Below are positions 48,943 through 60,128 of a stretch of DNA of 64,000 bases, in pieces. The notes beneath the pieces were generated by a model. That model made no database searches and was not told the origin of the DNA. It saw only the letters and a program-made list of their open reading frames with translations. Position numbers and translations under genes: made by a program. Origin of the DNA: Alphaproteobacteria bacterium. Lineage in GTDB: Bacteria > Pseudomonadota > Alphaproteobacteria > UBA828. The number at the start of each line of letters is the position of its first letter. The stretch's first letter is position 1. The stretch is from positions 96,001 to 160,000 of the forward strand of contig CAXXVO010000014.1 in assembly GCA_963422645.2 (NCBI GenBank), read 5' to 3'.

Positions 48943-49852
48943 GGCGGGAGGCGGCAGAGCGCGTCCCCTTCGCGCTATCAAATTGAAGTCTTGGCCAGGT
49001 GGTGTTGCCGAACCACTATGACCAGCGTGCGCTCGCTCGAACTTGCTCCACACTCGGCGAAGGTGCGACCAAAAAAATGTTGATGGCGTTACCGTGCTCT
49101 GCAATAGTTGCAGTGTACGGCCAAGGGAATTCCGGACAGCGTCGGATTGGCAATGCTATCAACAGGTAACTGCCCAGGTTCTTGCTGTGAAAATTCTCTG
49201 GGATTCGGCACAACGCTACCCACGCGACGCCCGTGTGCTCCTCTGTGGTCGCCGGGTTTCACAGCTCACGATGCCCCTCTTGCGGACTGCGACCGGTAAG
49301 CTACCCCGATGTGGCCCGAAGTCCGCCCGCGCGACGGGCACCGATTTTCATTCTATGGGGTGGTCCAGCACGGCGTCGACCATGATCGTTTATGAGAATG
49401 GCTCCGCTGTTGGAGAACCCGTGCCAGGTGAGCTTACGCGCACTTGACGGTGGCGATGAGCCGATCCGATGGGCTGGTCAGGGCTTCGATGATATTCCAG
49501 CCCTGCTTTCTGGCGGTGGTGATGACGCTGCGCAGGATGGCGAAGTTCTCGGCCCCCTGCGCGGACCGGAAGCCCCCGGAGATCTTCTGGCGCAGCTTCA
49601 TCATCCGAAGGTCGCGCTCGGCCTCGTTGTTCGTGAACCCGACCTCGAGGTCGATCAGGAACCGGAGCACCGCGCATTTGTGGTCGCGCAGCCTCAAGGC
49701 CAGATTGTGACCGATCCTTCGCTTCCGGCGCTTCTTCCTCTTGCCAGGCGAGAACGGTGGTTGGCTCTCGTGAAAGGCCAGCGCATCGGCGATGATCTCG
49801 TCGTATCGGCGCTCGATCAGCGCCACAAGCCTCGCCGGAACGGCGATATCCT

Positions 49853-52365
49853 CAGACTTCCTGACCTCGTGATGCTGGCTGTTCTGGGCAGCGTGCCGGG
49901 AACTCCTTGAATTCTGATACATTTCGGTTGTTTCAGGCGGTTTTTCGCTGGGTGTCGCGCCCGAGGTCTGATATTATAATTTGATACCAATTGCACGGTC
50001 TCAACCATGCCCAGTACCCTCCCAATGTGCCCTCCAGAGGCGGTCTCGATCGGCAACAGCTGCTTCGCCGTCCTGATCTCGGACGACACCTTCACCTACT
50101 TTTCCAACCTCATTCCCTTTGACAGCCACGCCGCCGATGACCGCACGGCCATGCTCTTGCGGATCGGCCGCCTCGCGGCGATCAGCGCGGTCTCGCCGCA
50201 GGAACTGGCTGACGCTTTCGCTGTCTCGCGCGCGACGGTGCAGCGCGCACGACGGCGCTACCTGGCCGAGGGCGAAGCGGGGTTCATGAAGCCCCGGCGC
50301 GGTCGCGGGCCGTCGGTGTTCACTCCGGAGTTGGCGGAGAAGGCGACGGCGTTGCTGGCATCGGGCCTGAGCGGCTCTGCGGCGGCCCGGGTTCTCGGCG
50401 TGTCAGCGCCATCGGTCAACAAGTGGCGCCGTCAGGGACTGATCGGCAACACGGAGGCGGATGGGGAGCCCGGACGCTCAGCGCTGGCTGCGCCGCCTGA
50501 CGCGGGTGCGGCTCCTGAAGGCCGTGTCGATGAAGAGAGTACCGGTGCCCCGGGGCCGGAGACGGCGCCGGGGCTGGAAGCGCAGCCGCAAACGGATCGC
50601 AGCGCGCGCGATCGGCGGGACCGGCAGGCGCCGATGGGGCGTGCGACTTGCGATGTTCCGGCTCGGGTTCTGGCCAGTTGTGGACAGGCGGGGCCGGTCG
50701 AACCGCAGTTCGCCGCCGCCGCCCGCGGTGTCCGCTTCGGCGGCGTGCTCGCCGCCCTGCCGGCCCTGCTGAAGGAAGGTCTTCTCTCCGAGACCGGTCT
50801 CCTGCCATTGCTGCCGAAGGGCTATTACGGCTTGCCTACGATCCTGCTCTTCCTGGCCTTCATGACCTTGGCGCGGGTGCGCAACCCCGAGAGCCTGCGC
50901 TACCAGGCGCCGGGCGAATGGGGCGCCATTCTCGGCCTCGATCGCTGCCCCGAGGTCAAGACGCTGCGCCGCAAGATCGCTCTCATCGCCGACGACGAGG
51001 CCGGCGTGCGGGCGTGGCAGCTCGCCCTTGCCAGGCGCTGGCAGGCGCCGACGAGCCGGAGCTCTGGGCGACGCTGGCCATCGACGGGCACGTCAAGGTC
51101 TACTCCGGCCGCAAGGGGCGCTTGCCCAAGCACTTCGTCTCGCGCGAGAAGCTGTGCCTGCCGGCGAGCGCCAGCTACTGGATCAACGCTCTGGGCGGCA
51201 AGCCGCTGCTCTGTCTGCACAAGCCGCTGGACCCGAAGATGGTCGCGGCCATCGAAGCCGACGTGGTGCCGGCGCTGCAGGAGCTTGGGATCGTTGGCGC
51301 CGGGGCGCCGGACCTGACCGCCGAGCATCCCGGCCAGCCGGCGCTCACCCTGGTCTTCGACCGCGAGGGCTGGAGCCCGGATCTGTTCCGCCGGCTGGCG
51401 AGGCGCGGCGTCGCCTGCCTGACCTGGCACAAGAACTTCAGGGGCGAGGACTGGCCGGCCGAGGACTTCGGCGCGATGACCGTTCCCATTCACGGACCGG
51501 CGGCGGACGGCAGCGCCACCATGCGGCTGGCTGAGAAGCCGGTGACGTTGCCGAACGGCTTCAGGGTGCGCCAGATCCGCCGCCTGCTCGACAACGGCCG
51601 TCAGGTGCCGCTGATCACCACCGATCCGCACAAGCCGATGGCTGAGGTTGCGGGCGCCATGTTCTCGCGCTGGTCGCAGGAGAACTTCTTCAAGTACATG
51701 CGTGACGAGTTCAATCTCGACGCCCTGCCGACCCACGAGCTCGAGCCTCTCGATCCCGCCGCCATGGTCGTCAACCCGCTGCGGCGGGCCTATGACAAGG
51801 CAATCCATCGCCTCGACCGCCAGCTTGGCCGCCTGCGCAACCGCATCGCCGACACGGCCCGGAAGAAGCAGCCGACGGCGGAACTCAGGAGGGAAGTCAG
51901 GGACCTCCAGGATGTCCGCGACATCGTCAGGGCCAGCCGCAGGGAGACGCCCAAGCACTGCCGGGCCGGCGACCTCGACGAAGCCGAGCAGCTCGATGCC
52001 TTGCCCGCGCGCGAGCGCCTCCTCCTCGACGTCATCCGGATGATCGCCTACCGCGCCGAAACCCGCATGATGCTTCCCGTCATGCAGGCGCAGGGCCACA
52101 AGCCCCATCCCCGGAAACTGCTTCAAGCGCTGCTCACCGCCGATGCCGACATCCTGCCGGATCCTGGCAATGGCCTCCTGCGGGTCCACATTCTTGGCCT
52201 CGCAAACGACGCCTGCGACCGTTGGATCGATGCGGTTCTGAGCGACCTGAACGCCACCGAAACGGTCTTCCCCGGCACCCGTCTGCGCATAGTCTACGAC
52301 ATCGACGGGGCCTCGGAATCCGCGCGGCTCGTGTCACCTAAAATCAGCAGAGGTCAGGAAGTCTG
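49853..52365 (+). mobile_element. Unclassified ~2.5-kb IS nested in IS66 copy 2
   Basis: Perfect IR CAGACTTCCTGACCTC; TSD ATCCT at 49848-49852 and 52366-52370 (alternative reading: 17-bp IR with TCC TSD). Confidence 0.9.
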
Positions 52366-52366
52366 A
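50007..52366 (+). pseudogene. Large putative DDE transposase with N-terminal HTHs, frameshifted near 51045
   Basis: Two HTH-like segments, GLDRCPEVKTLRRK, then in the -1 frame IDGH, FDREG and RWSQENFFKY; about 786 aa if repaired. Confidence 0.8.
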
Positions 52367-54011
52367 TCCTTGTCCAGCGCGATGCGGGCGGCGCGATTGG
52401 CTCGGCGCAGGAGCTGCTGCATCCGCCGGGCCCAAGCCTCCCCTTCGATGTCCACCAGCGCCTGCAACTCCCGCAGGTGATGGGCGTTGCACAGGCCGTG
52501 CTCCACCCCTTCCATCGCGAAGTACGGCTTCCAGTGATCGTGCACGACGATGCCGGAGACACCCGAGAGCAGGGCGCCGCGCTTGCCGCTGACCCGGTAC
52601 GCCGCCAGCAGCGGCGTGCAGATCACATGAAGCCACTGCGTCTGACCGCCGATCCGCAAGCCGGTCTCGTCCATGTGTTTCACCCGCGCCGTGCCCGCCG
52701 CCAGATCCTGTATGTGCAAGGCCGCGTCCCGCAGCCGCTCGGCCGCCCTCTCGCTCATCGTCGCCAACGTCGCAGCCGTCACCGGCGCGCCGAAGAGCTC
52801 GGCCATCACCTGCGACAGCCGATCCTCCGGCAGGAAGTGAGCGTGCTGAAGGTAGACCGCCACCCCGGCAATGCGCGGGCCGTACTGCACCGGCGCCGAC
52901 ACCCCGTCGGGGAACGCCGCCCGGGTCACCGTCCCGCAATGCCCGCAGCACTTGGCATGCGCCCGGTGCTCGGTCACCTCCAGGGGGCTCGGCTCGGGCA
53001 GATCGAACACCTGGCGGGCGACGGGCGTTCCCGCCCTGGCCGCGTCCGAAAGCGGCGAACCGCATCCCTTGCAGGAAGCCGGGACGTGATCCTTCACCCG
53101 ATCCGGGTGATCGGCGCGGCGCAGCGTCTTGCCCTTGTGGCCGGGCTGGCCACCGGGCTTGCGGCCCGATTTGCCGCGCAGGCTTCGGGTTCGCCGCTTC
53201 GAATTCGGCTTCCTCAGCCCATCGCTCGAAGGCGGCTTGCCGCTGTTGCCGCTGTTGAGGCCGAGACGGCGCTCCAACTCCTCGATGCGCTCGACGAGAC
53301 GCGCGACTTGCTCTTCCAGCCGCGCGTTCTGCTGCCGAAGCCAGGCATTTTCCTCCCGAAGCCGGGCGTTCTCCTCCTCCAGGCGGGCGATCTTCTGCGC
53401 GGGCGTTTCGGGCGCTGCTCCCGTCGAAGGGCCGCGCGGCGACTCGGGATTGCTCATGTCGTTGTTGAGTCATTTCCCGAAATTCCCGTCAAGCCCTTTC
53501 CACCAACTCCGAACGAGAAACGCCTCAATCCACTGGCCCAAAATGACAAATCAGACGACCTGGGCAGTTACATCAACAGAGCGTTTCCGGGTTTCCATCT
53601 GTTGTGGAAATTTGTGGAAATGCTTCAGACAGCGGGAGGCAGTCATGCAGACAAAAAATTTGGCTAGAGGCGTACTTTTCGCGCTTACTATTTTGTGTTT
53701 GCCGATTGCGGGCGCCTTTGCCGAAGGCGAGCTGGACGGCACGTGGAAAGCGCCTCCGATCGGCACCAAGGCCGCATACAATTATGGTGCGAATTGGGAA
53801 GTCGTCGCAGTCAAGAGTGACAGAGTATTTGTCATAGGTGACCCCGGTAACAAAATACAGAACGTCTCTTGGCATAAGTATAAGGGGATAATCGACAGCA
53901 TAAATGATGAAGGATGGAAGAGATCGATCAATGAGGCAGCGATTGATAAACTTTTCCCACTCAAGGTGGGAATGAACCGCCCCGGCTTTCCCGGAGGCAG
54001 TTTGGTTTGAG

Positions 54012-54917
54012 TCATGCAGCCATATTGAGGTTCTCGCTGGCGGCATAGTGATTTGCTTCGGCCTCAGCGGGCGGGATGTTACCGATGGGGCCGAGCAGGC
54101 GTTGATTATTGAACCAGTCCACCCATTCGAGGGTGGCGTATTCGACGGCCTCGAACGATCTCCACGGGCCGCGCCGGTGGATCACCTCGGCCTTGTAGAG
54201 GCCGTTGATCGTTTCGGCCAACGCGTTGTCGTAGCTGTCGCCGACACTGCCGACCGATGGATCGATCCCGGCTTCGGCCAGACGCTCGGAGTATTTGATC
54301 GACAGGTATTGGACGCCGCGGTCGCTGTGATGCACGAGGCCCGATCCCCTGGCGGGCTTCCGGGCGTGTATCGCCTGTTCCAGGGCATCCAGAACGAAGC
54401 TTGCATGAGCCGTGCGGCTCACCCGCCATCCGACGATCCGGCGTGCGAAGGCATCGATCACGAAGGCCACATAGACGAACCCGGCCCAGGTCGCGACATA
54501 GGTGAAGTCCGCCACCCACAGACGATTGGGCCCGGGCGCCTGGAACTGCCGGTTCACCTTGTCGAGCGGGCACGCCGCTCCCTTGTCGCTGACCGTGGTC
54601 TTCACCGGCTTGCCCCTGATCGCCCCGGCAAGGCCGAGATCGCGCATCAGCCGCTCGACGGTGCAGCGGGCAACGTCCAGGCCTTCGCGCCGTAGCTGGC
54701 GCCAGATCTTGCGGGCGCCATAGACCGAGTAGTTCGTCTCGAAGACGCGCTCGATCTCCGCCATCAGTACCAGATCACGCCGGGCACGATCCGGCAGCAG
54801 CGACGGATCGCGCTGTCTGCCGGCATGAAGCCGGTACGTGGACGGGGCGATCGGCAGAACCTTGCAGATCGGCTCGACCCCATAGGTATCGCGATGCTCG
54901 TCGATGAAGGCGATCAT
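54012..54917 (-). CDS. IS3-family transposase OrfB
   Basis: YGVEPIC, WVADFTY, HHSDRG, DNALAE (DDE). Confidence 0.95.
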   Translation of the reverse strand: MIAFIDEHRDTYGVEPICKVLPIAPSTYRLHAGRQRDPSLLPDRARRDLVLMAEIERVFETNYSVYGARKIWRQLRREGLDVARCTVERLMRDLGLAGAIRGKPVKTTVSDKGAACPLDKVNRQFQAPGPNRLWVADFTYVATWAGFVYVAFVIDAFARRIVGWRVSRTAHASFVLDALEQAIHARKPARGSGLVHHSDRGVQYLSIKYSERLAEAGIDPSVGSVGDSYDNALAETINGLYKAEVIHRRGPWRSFEAVEYATLEWVDWFNNQRLLGPIGNIPPAEAEANHYAASENLNMAA

Positions 54918-55240
54918 CGCTTGAGTGGGCGGTCGAGCTCCGCCTGGGCAAAATAGGCACTGGCTTTGCGCAGAATCTCGTTCGCCTGGCGCAGCTCGCG
55001 AACCTCGCGTTCCAGCGCCCTGACCCGCGCACGATCGTCGCTGGTCATGCCCGACCTGGCGCCGCTGTCTTGTTCAGCCCGACGGACCCACCGCCGCAGC
55101 GTCTCGGTCGTGCAGCCGAACTTCGCCGCGATCGAACACATCGCCGCCCATTGCGAGCCATGCTCGCCCTGGTGCTCGAAAACCAGCCGGACAGCCCGTT
55201 CGCGAACCTCCGCCGGATAACGTGTCGAATGTCTTCCCAT
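54914..55240 (-). CDS. IS3-family transposase OrfA
   Basis: HTH plus [22 protein letters not shown]; ATGA overlap with orfB. Confidence 0.93.
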   Translation of the reverse strand: MGRHSTRYPAEVRERAVRLVFEHQGEHGSQWAAMCSIAAKFGCTTETLRRWVRRAEQDSGARSGMTSDDRARVRALEREVRELRQANEILRKASAYFAQAELDRPLKR

Positions 55241-55839
55241 AACGGCTCCTCCTTCTCACAAGATGGAGCCTCCGGGAAAGCCGGAGCGGTTCAGAAACAA
55301 AACGACTGTGTCTGCTCCCTCAGGGGATTGGGATCTTAGGGTCACATACAAGGTCACTGGAATCAAACAAATCGAGACTCTCGCCGGGGTGAGGACAGTA
55401 TATCGCATTGCATTCTTGGAAAGGGGAGACGATAATCACAGAGCAAAGGGCTTCGGATATTTCGATCCAGAGTTGGGAATTTGGCATCGCGGAATCTACA
55501 CATACCAAAACAACGATCCGTACAAATGGAAGCTAATTAGCCTGGAGCTCCCTGAGTAATCGAGAACAATCTCGACGCCAACGCCCAGGTTGGGTGCACT
55601 GACCGTCCACGTCCATTAAGGGAGCGGGTCCCGCACGGTTGCTCCCAAGAGGTAACTGCCCAGGTCGTCTGATTTGTCATTTTGGGCCAGTGGATTGGTA
55701 ACTACCCAGGTACCCCAATCCTGAGTTGAGGACGGTGATTATGGCGGCGGCCGCGGCCTGGTTCTGCCACCGCGATTGGTTCTTGACCTCATAGAGTTGC
55801 GGGACTATGGACTGCTCTCTCGCGTGACGGGAGCGGTCC

Positions 55840-56505
55840 ATGGGGTATTTCGGCTCGAAGGCGACAGCAGGTCTGTGCCAAGCGCTGATTGCGCTGATGC
55901 CGCCGCACTCCGTCTACATCGAAAGCCACCTTGGGGGCGGGGCGCTGACGAAGCGCAAGCCGCCGGCCGTGCGTTCGATCGGCATCGACCGCGATGCGCA
56001 GGCGCTCGAGGCCTTCGTCTGCGACTACCCGGTCGATCTGGTTCACGGCTGTGCCCATGACTTCCTGGCCTCGTTCCCGTTCCTGGGCCCGGAGCTGGTT
56101 TACAGCGATCCGCCCTATCTGCACGCGACCCGCCGCTCGGCGCAGCGCTACCGCTTCGAGTACGAGGAGGCCGGCCACGTCGCGCTTCTCGCGCTGCTCA
56201 AGGCTCTGCCCTGCCAGGTCATGATCTCGGGCCATCCGTCGGCGCTCTATGACGAGGTGCTGGCGGGATGGCGCCGGCTGGCGCTGCAGGTCACGACCCA
56301 GGGTCTGGTGCGAACCGAGGTCGTCTGGTTCAACTACGCCCCCGACCGGATGCATTGGGCCAGCCACGCAGGCCGGAACTTCACCGACCGCCAGCGCATC
56401 AAGCGCAAGGCAGCCAACTGGGGCCGGCGCTACCAGGCCTTGCCGCCGGGCGAACGCCTCGCCGTGCTCGCCGCCATGATGGCCGTCGAGGCCGAAGACA
56501 CGTGA
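55840..56505 (+). CDS. Compact N6-adenine DNA methyltransferase (Dam/D12-like)
   Basis: YFGSK (motif X), ESHLGGG (motif I variant), IGID (motif II), YSDPPY (motif IV). Confidence 0.85.
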   Translation: MGYFGSKATAGLCQALIALMPPHSVYIESHLGGGALTKRKPPAVRSIGIDRDAQALEAFVCDYPVDLVHGCAHDFLASFPFLGPELVYSDPPYLHATRRSAQRYRFEYEEAGHVALLALLKALPCQVMISGHPSALYDEVLAGWRRLALQVTTQGLVRTEVVWFNYAPDRMHWASHAGRNFTDRQRIKRKAANWGRRYQALPPGERLAVLAAMMAVEAEDT

Positions 56506-58040
56506 CGGTGTCGCACTGGCACGAAGACCTCGCCGCCCGTAACGAGGCCTTCTGCTGCCTGAAGGAGCTTCTCGAGCCATCATCCCTCGCAACCACTGTC
56601 GTCGTTGCCGTCCGGGAATGGGGGCAGGGGCTGCTGCGATCAGCCACCGCGCTCGCCCGGGAAAATGCCGCACTCGAGCAGGAGAACGCGGCCCTGCGCG
56701 AGCGCATCGCCGAACTCGAGCGCAGCGCGGCCCTCAACAGCACCACAAGCAGCAAGCCCCCCGCCAGCGACGGGCTCAAGAAGAAAAGCGGAGCCCAGAG
56801 GCGCACCCAAAGCCAGCGCGGAAAGTCCGGCGGGCCCAGTGGCGGCCAGCCCGGCCACAAGGGAACCACCCTCGCGCGGAGCGACAGCCCGGACCGTGTC
56901 GTCGATCACCACCCCTCCACCTGTTCCGGCTGTGGCGTCGAGCTCTCGGACGCCGACCGGCAAGGCGCGCCCGCCTGTCGGCAGGTCTTCGACGTACCCG
57001 AGCCGCAGCCTCTCGAGGTCACCGAACACCGCGCCCATCGCTGCCTCTGCGGCGCATGCGGCACGCTGACACGAGCCGCCTTCCCGCCGGGCGTCACCGC
57101 CCCGGTCCAGTACGGCCCTCGCATCACCGCTTGGGTGAGTTACCTGCTGTACGCCCAGTTCGTGCCCGAGAAGCGTCTGGCCGAACTCATGAGCGACATC
57201 TTCGCGGTGTCCATCTCCACTGCCACGATCGCCGCCATGGGCCGGCGCACAGCGCAGCGCTTCGAGGGCTTCCTCGACCATGTCGCCGATCTGATCCGCA
57301 CGCAGGCGCCGGTCAAGCACCTCGACGAGACCGGCCTGCGTATCGCCGCCCGTACCCGCTGGCTCCATGTGCTGTGCACCCCGTTGCTCACCGTCCTGCG
57401 CATCGGCGAGGGACGCGGCGATGTCGAAAAGAACCTGAAAGGCATCCTCGTCCACGACGACTTCGCCCCCTACTTCACCATCAAGGGCGTCCGCCACGGC
57501 GCCTGCAACGCACATCACCTGCGCGAACTCCAGGCCCTGATCGACATCGAGAAGGAGGAATGGGCGGCGAGCATGCACCGCCTGCTTCAGCGCGCGCGCA
57601 GGGCCGCCCGCTTCGCCCGTGAGAAAGACCGTCAAGTCCCCGCCTCCCTGGTGGCCCGCATCTCAAGGGCATGGGACCGTATCCTCGAAGAAGCCATCGC
57701 CTTCCATGAGGCCCAACCGCCGCTCCAGATCGCAAAGCGAGGGCGAAAGAAACGCCGCATCGGCCACAACCTCGCGCGCCGCCTTCAAAAGCATAAGGAG
57801 GGCTGCCTGCGCTTCCTCACCGACATGCGCACGCCGTTCACGAATAACGAGGCGGAGCGTGACATCCGTATGAACAAAGTGCATGAGAAGATCTCAGGCG
57901 GCTTCCGCTCCCTGCAAGGCGCCTGCAACTTCGCCGGAATGCGCAGCGTCATCGTCACCGCTCGAAAGCAAGGCTGGAACATCCTGCAAATCCTGGCGCA
58001 CCCGGAACCGATGCAGCTGATCCCTATACTGCGCTCCTGA
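56502..58040 (+). CDS. IS66-family transposase, second type
   Basis: SSKPPASDG, GGQPGHKG, DETG, CNAHHLREL, TNNEAERD; GTG start overlaps the MTase stop (GTGA). Confidence 0.92.
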   Translation: MTVSHWHEDLAARNEAFCCLKELLEPSSLATTVVVAVREWGQGLLRSATALARENAALEQENAALRERIAELERSAALNSTTSSKPPASDGLKKKSGAQRRTQSQRGKSGGPSGGQPGHKGTTLARSDSPDRVVDHHPSTCSGCGVELSDADRQGAPACRQVFDVPEPQPLEVTEHRAHRCLCGACGTLTRAAFPPGVTAPVQYGPRITAWVSYLLYAQFVPEKRLAELMSDIFAVSISTATIAAMGRRTAQRFEGFLDHVADLIRTQAPVKHLDETGLRIAARTRWLHVLCTPLLTVLRIGEGRGDVEKNLKGILVHDDFAPYFTIKGVRHGACNAHHLRELQALIDIEKEEWAASMHRLLQRARRAARFAREKDRQVPASLVARISRAWDRILEEAIAFHEAQPPLQIAKRGRKKRRIGHNLARRLQKHKEGCLRFLTDMRTPFTNNEAERDIRMNKVHEKISGGFRSLQGACNFAGMRSVIVTARKQGWNILQILAHPEPMQLIPILRS

Positions 58041-58224
58041 ACTTCTCCGGCTCATCCTGAGTATCGCTGTCCTCTCATCTTGTTCGCGACGCGGCGTTCA
58101 TCATCCTCTCGCGCTCAAGAGAGTAGGCACCCCCGCGGCGTGGGGGCGTTGACGCAAAAGGAACTGGCTTGTTCCATAAGAGAGAGGGGGTACCTGGGCA
58201 GTTACGAAATGACTCAACAACGAC

Positions 58225-59731
58225 ATGAGCAATCCCGAGTCGCCGCGCGGCCCTTCGACGGGAGCAGCGCCCGAAACGCCCGCGCAGAAGATCGCCCGCC
58301 TGGAGGAGGAGAACGCCCGGCTTCGGGAGGAAAATGCCTGGCTTCGGCAGCAGAACGCGCGGCTGGAAGAGCAAGTCGCGCGTCTCGTCGAGCGCATCGA
58401 GGAGTTGGAGCGCCGTCTCGGCCTCAACAGCGGCAACAGCGGCAAGCCGCCTTCGAGCGATGGGCTGAGGAAGCCGAATTCGAAGCGGCGAACCCGAAGC
58501 CTGCGCGGCAAATCGGGCCGCAAGCCCGGTGGCCAGCCCGGCCACAAGGGCAAGACGCTGCGCCGCGCCGATCACCCGGATCGGGTGAAGGATCACGTCC
58601 CGGCTTCCTGCAAGGGATGCGGTTCGCCGCTTTCGGACGCGGCCAGGGCGGGAACGCCCGTCGCCCGCCAGGTGTTCGATCTGCCCGAGCCGAGCCCCCT
58701 GGAGGTGACCGAGCACCGGGCGCATGCCAAGTGCTGCGGGCATTGCGGGACGGTGACCCGGGCGGCGTTCCCCGACGGGGTGTCGGCGCCGGTGCAGTAC
58801 GGCCCGCGCATTGCCGGGGTGGCGGTCTACCTTCAGCACGCTCACTTCCTGCCGGAGGATCGGCTGTCGCAGGTGATGGCCGAGCTCTTCGGCGCGCCGG
58901 TGACGGCTGCGACGTTGGCGACGATGAGCGAGAGGGCGGCCGAGCGGCTTGCGGGACGCGGCCTTGCACATACAGGACCTGGCGGCGGGCACGGCGCGGG
59001 TGAAACACATGGACGAGACCGGCTTGCGGATCGGCGGTCAGACGCAGTGGCTTCATGTGATCTGCACGCCGCTGCTGGCGGCGTACCGGGTCAGCGGCAA
59101 GCGCGGCGCCCTGCTCTCGGGTGTCTCCGGCATCGTCGTGCACGATCACTGGAAGCCGTACTTCGCGATGGAAGGGGTGGAGCACGGCCTGTGCAACGCC
59201 CATCACCTGCGGGAGTTGCAGGCGCTGGTGGACATCGAAGGGGAGGCTTGGGCCCGGCGGATGCAGCAGCTCCTGCGCCGAGCCAATCGCGCCGCCCGCA
59301 TCGCGCTGGACAAGGATATCGCCGTTCCGGCGAGGCTTGTGGCGCTGATCGAGCGCCGATACGACGAGATCATCGCCGATGCGCTGGCCTTTCACGAGAG
59401 CCAACCACCGTTCTCGCCTGGCAAGAGGAAGAAGCGCCGGAAGCGAAGGATCGGTCACAATCTGGCCTTGAGGCTGCGCGACCACAAATGCGCGGTGCTC
59501 CGGTTCCTGATCGACCTCGAGGTCGGGTTCACGAACAACGAGGCCGAGCGCGACCTTCGGATGATGAAGCTGCGCCAGAAGATCTCCGGGGGCTTCCGGT
59601 CCGCGCAGGGGGCCGAGAACTTCGCCATCCTGCGCAGCGTCATCACCACCGCCAGAAAGCAGGGCTGGAATATCATCGAAGCCCTGACCAGCCCATCGGA
59701 TCGGCTCATCGCCACCGTCAAGTGCGCGTAA
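58225..59731 (+). pseudogene. IS66 transposase of copy 3, +1 frameshift
   Basis: Extra T at 58949-58950 (CGGCTTGCGG versus CGGCTGCGG in copy 1). Confidence 0.88.
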
Positions 59732-60128
59732 GCTCACCTGGCACGGGTTCTCCAACAGCGGAGCCATTCTCATAAACGATCATGGTCGACGCCGTGCTGG
59801 ACCACCCCATAGAATGAAAATCGGTGCCCGTCGCGCGGGCGGACTTCGGGCCACATCGGGGTAGCTTACCGGTCGCAGTCCGCAAGAGGGGCATCGTGAG
59901 CTGTGAAACCCGGCGACCATAGAGGAGCACACGGGCGTCGCGTGGGTAGCGTTGTGCCGAATCCCAGAGAATTTTCACAGCAAGAACCTGGGCAGTTACC
60001 CCAAGAGTTTCTGGACGCTGCGCTAAGCGTTGCTGTGTGGGGCACGCTGACATACGCTTGCCGGCCCGGCTGCCGTCTGGTCCGACCATTGCGGCGGCTT
60101 GCCCGCCCTCGAACATTGGAGACGCAGC

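Larger units (their letters stand above)
49434..53457 (-). pseudogene. IS66 transposase split into 52366-53457 (N part) and 49434-49852 (C part)
   Basis: Both halves match 3465-4970 and rejoin at ...ALDK|DIAVP... Confidence 0.93.
49166..53571 (-). mobile_element. IS66-family element, copy 2, interrupted by a nested IS
   Basis: Same ends as copy 1; TSD ATCAACAG at 49158-49165 and 53572-53579. Confidence 0.95.
53973..55293 (-). mobile_element. IS3-family (IS51 group) element, 1321 bp
   Basis: TG...CA ends with IR TGAACCGC(C/T)CCGGCTTTCCCGGAGGC; 3-bp TSD GAA at 53970-53972 and 55294-55296. Confidence 0.95.
53645..55559 (+). pseudogene. AT-rich secreted hypothetical protein (196 aa) disrupted by IS3
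   Basis: Signal peptide MQTKNLARGVLFALTILCLPIAGAFA; removing the IS and one GAA restores the frame ...LFPLKVG-NKTTV...ELPE*. Confidence 0.88.
55698..58205 (+). mobile_element. IS66-family element carrying a DNA methyltransferase passenger (2508 bp)
   Basis: IR GTAACT(A/G)CCCAGGTACCCC (19 bp, 1 mismatch); no TSD; 49 bp of the host IS are missing at the junction. Confidence 0.9.
55652..59999 (+). mobile_element. IS66-family element, copy 3, with a related IS66 nested in its left end
   Basis: Same ends as copy 1; TSD CCCAAGAG at 55644-55651 and 60000-60007. Confidence 0.93.

Noticed and set aside
58940-58960. Programmed frameshift in the copy 3 transposase
   Set aside because: Copies 1 and 2 lack the extra T and read through; this is a mutation or sequencing error.
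49166-59999. Composite transposon formed by the inverted IS66 copies 2 and 3
   Set aside because: Each copy has its own 8-bp TSD (ATCAACAG, CCCAAGAG), so they are independent insertions.
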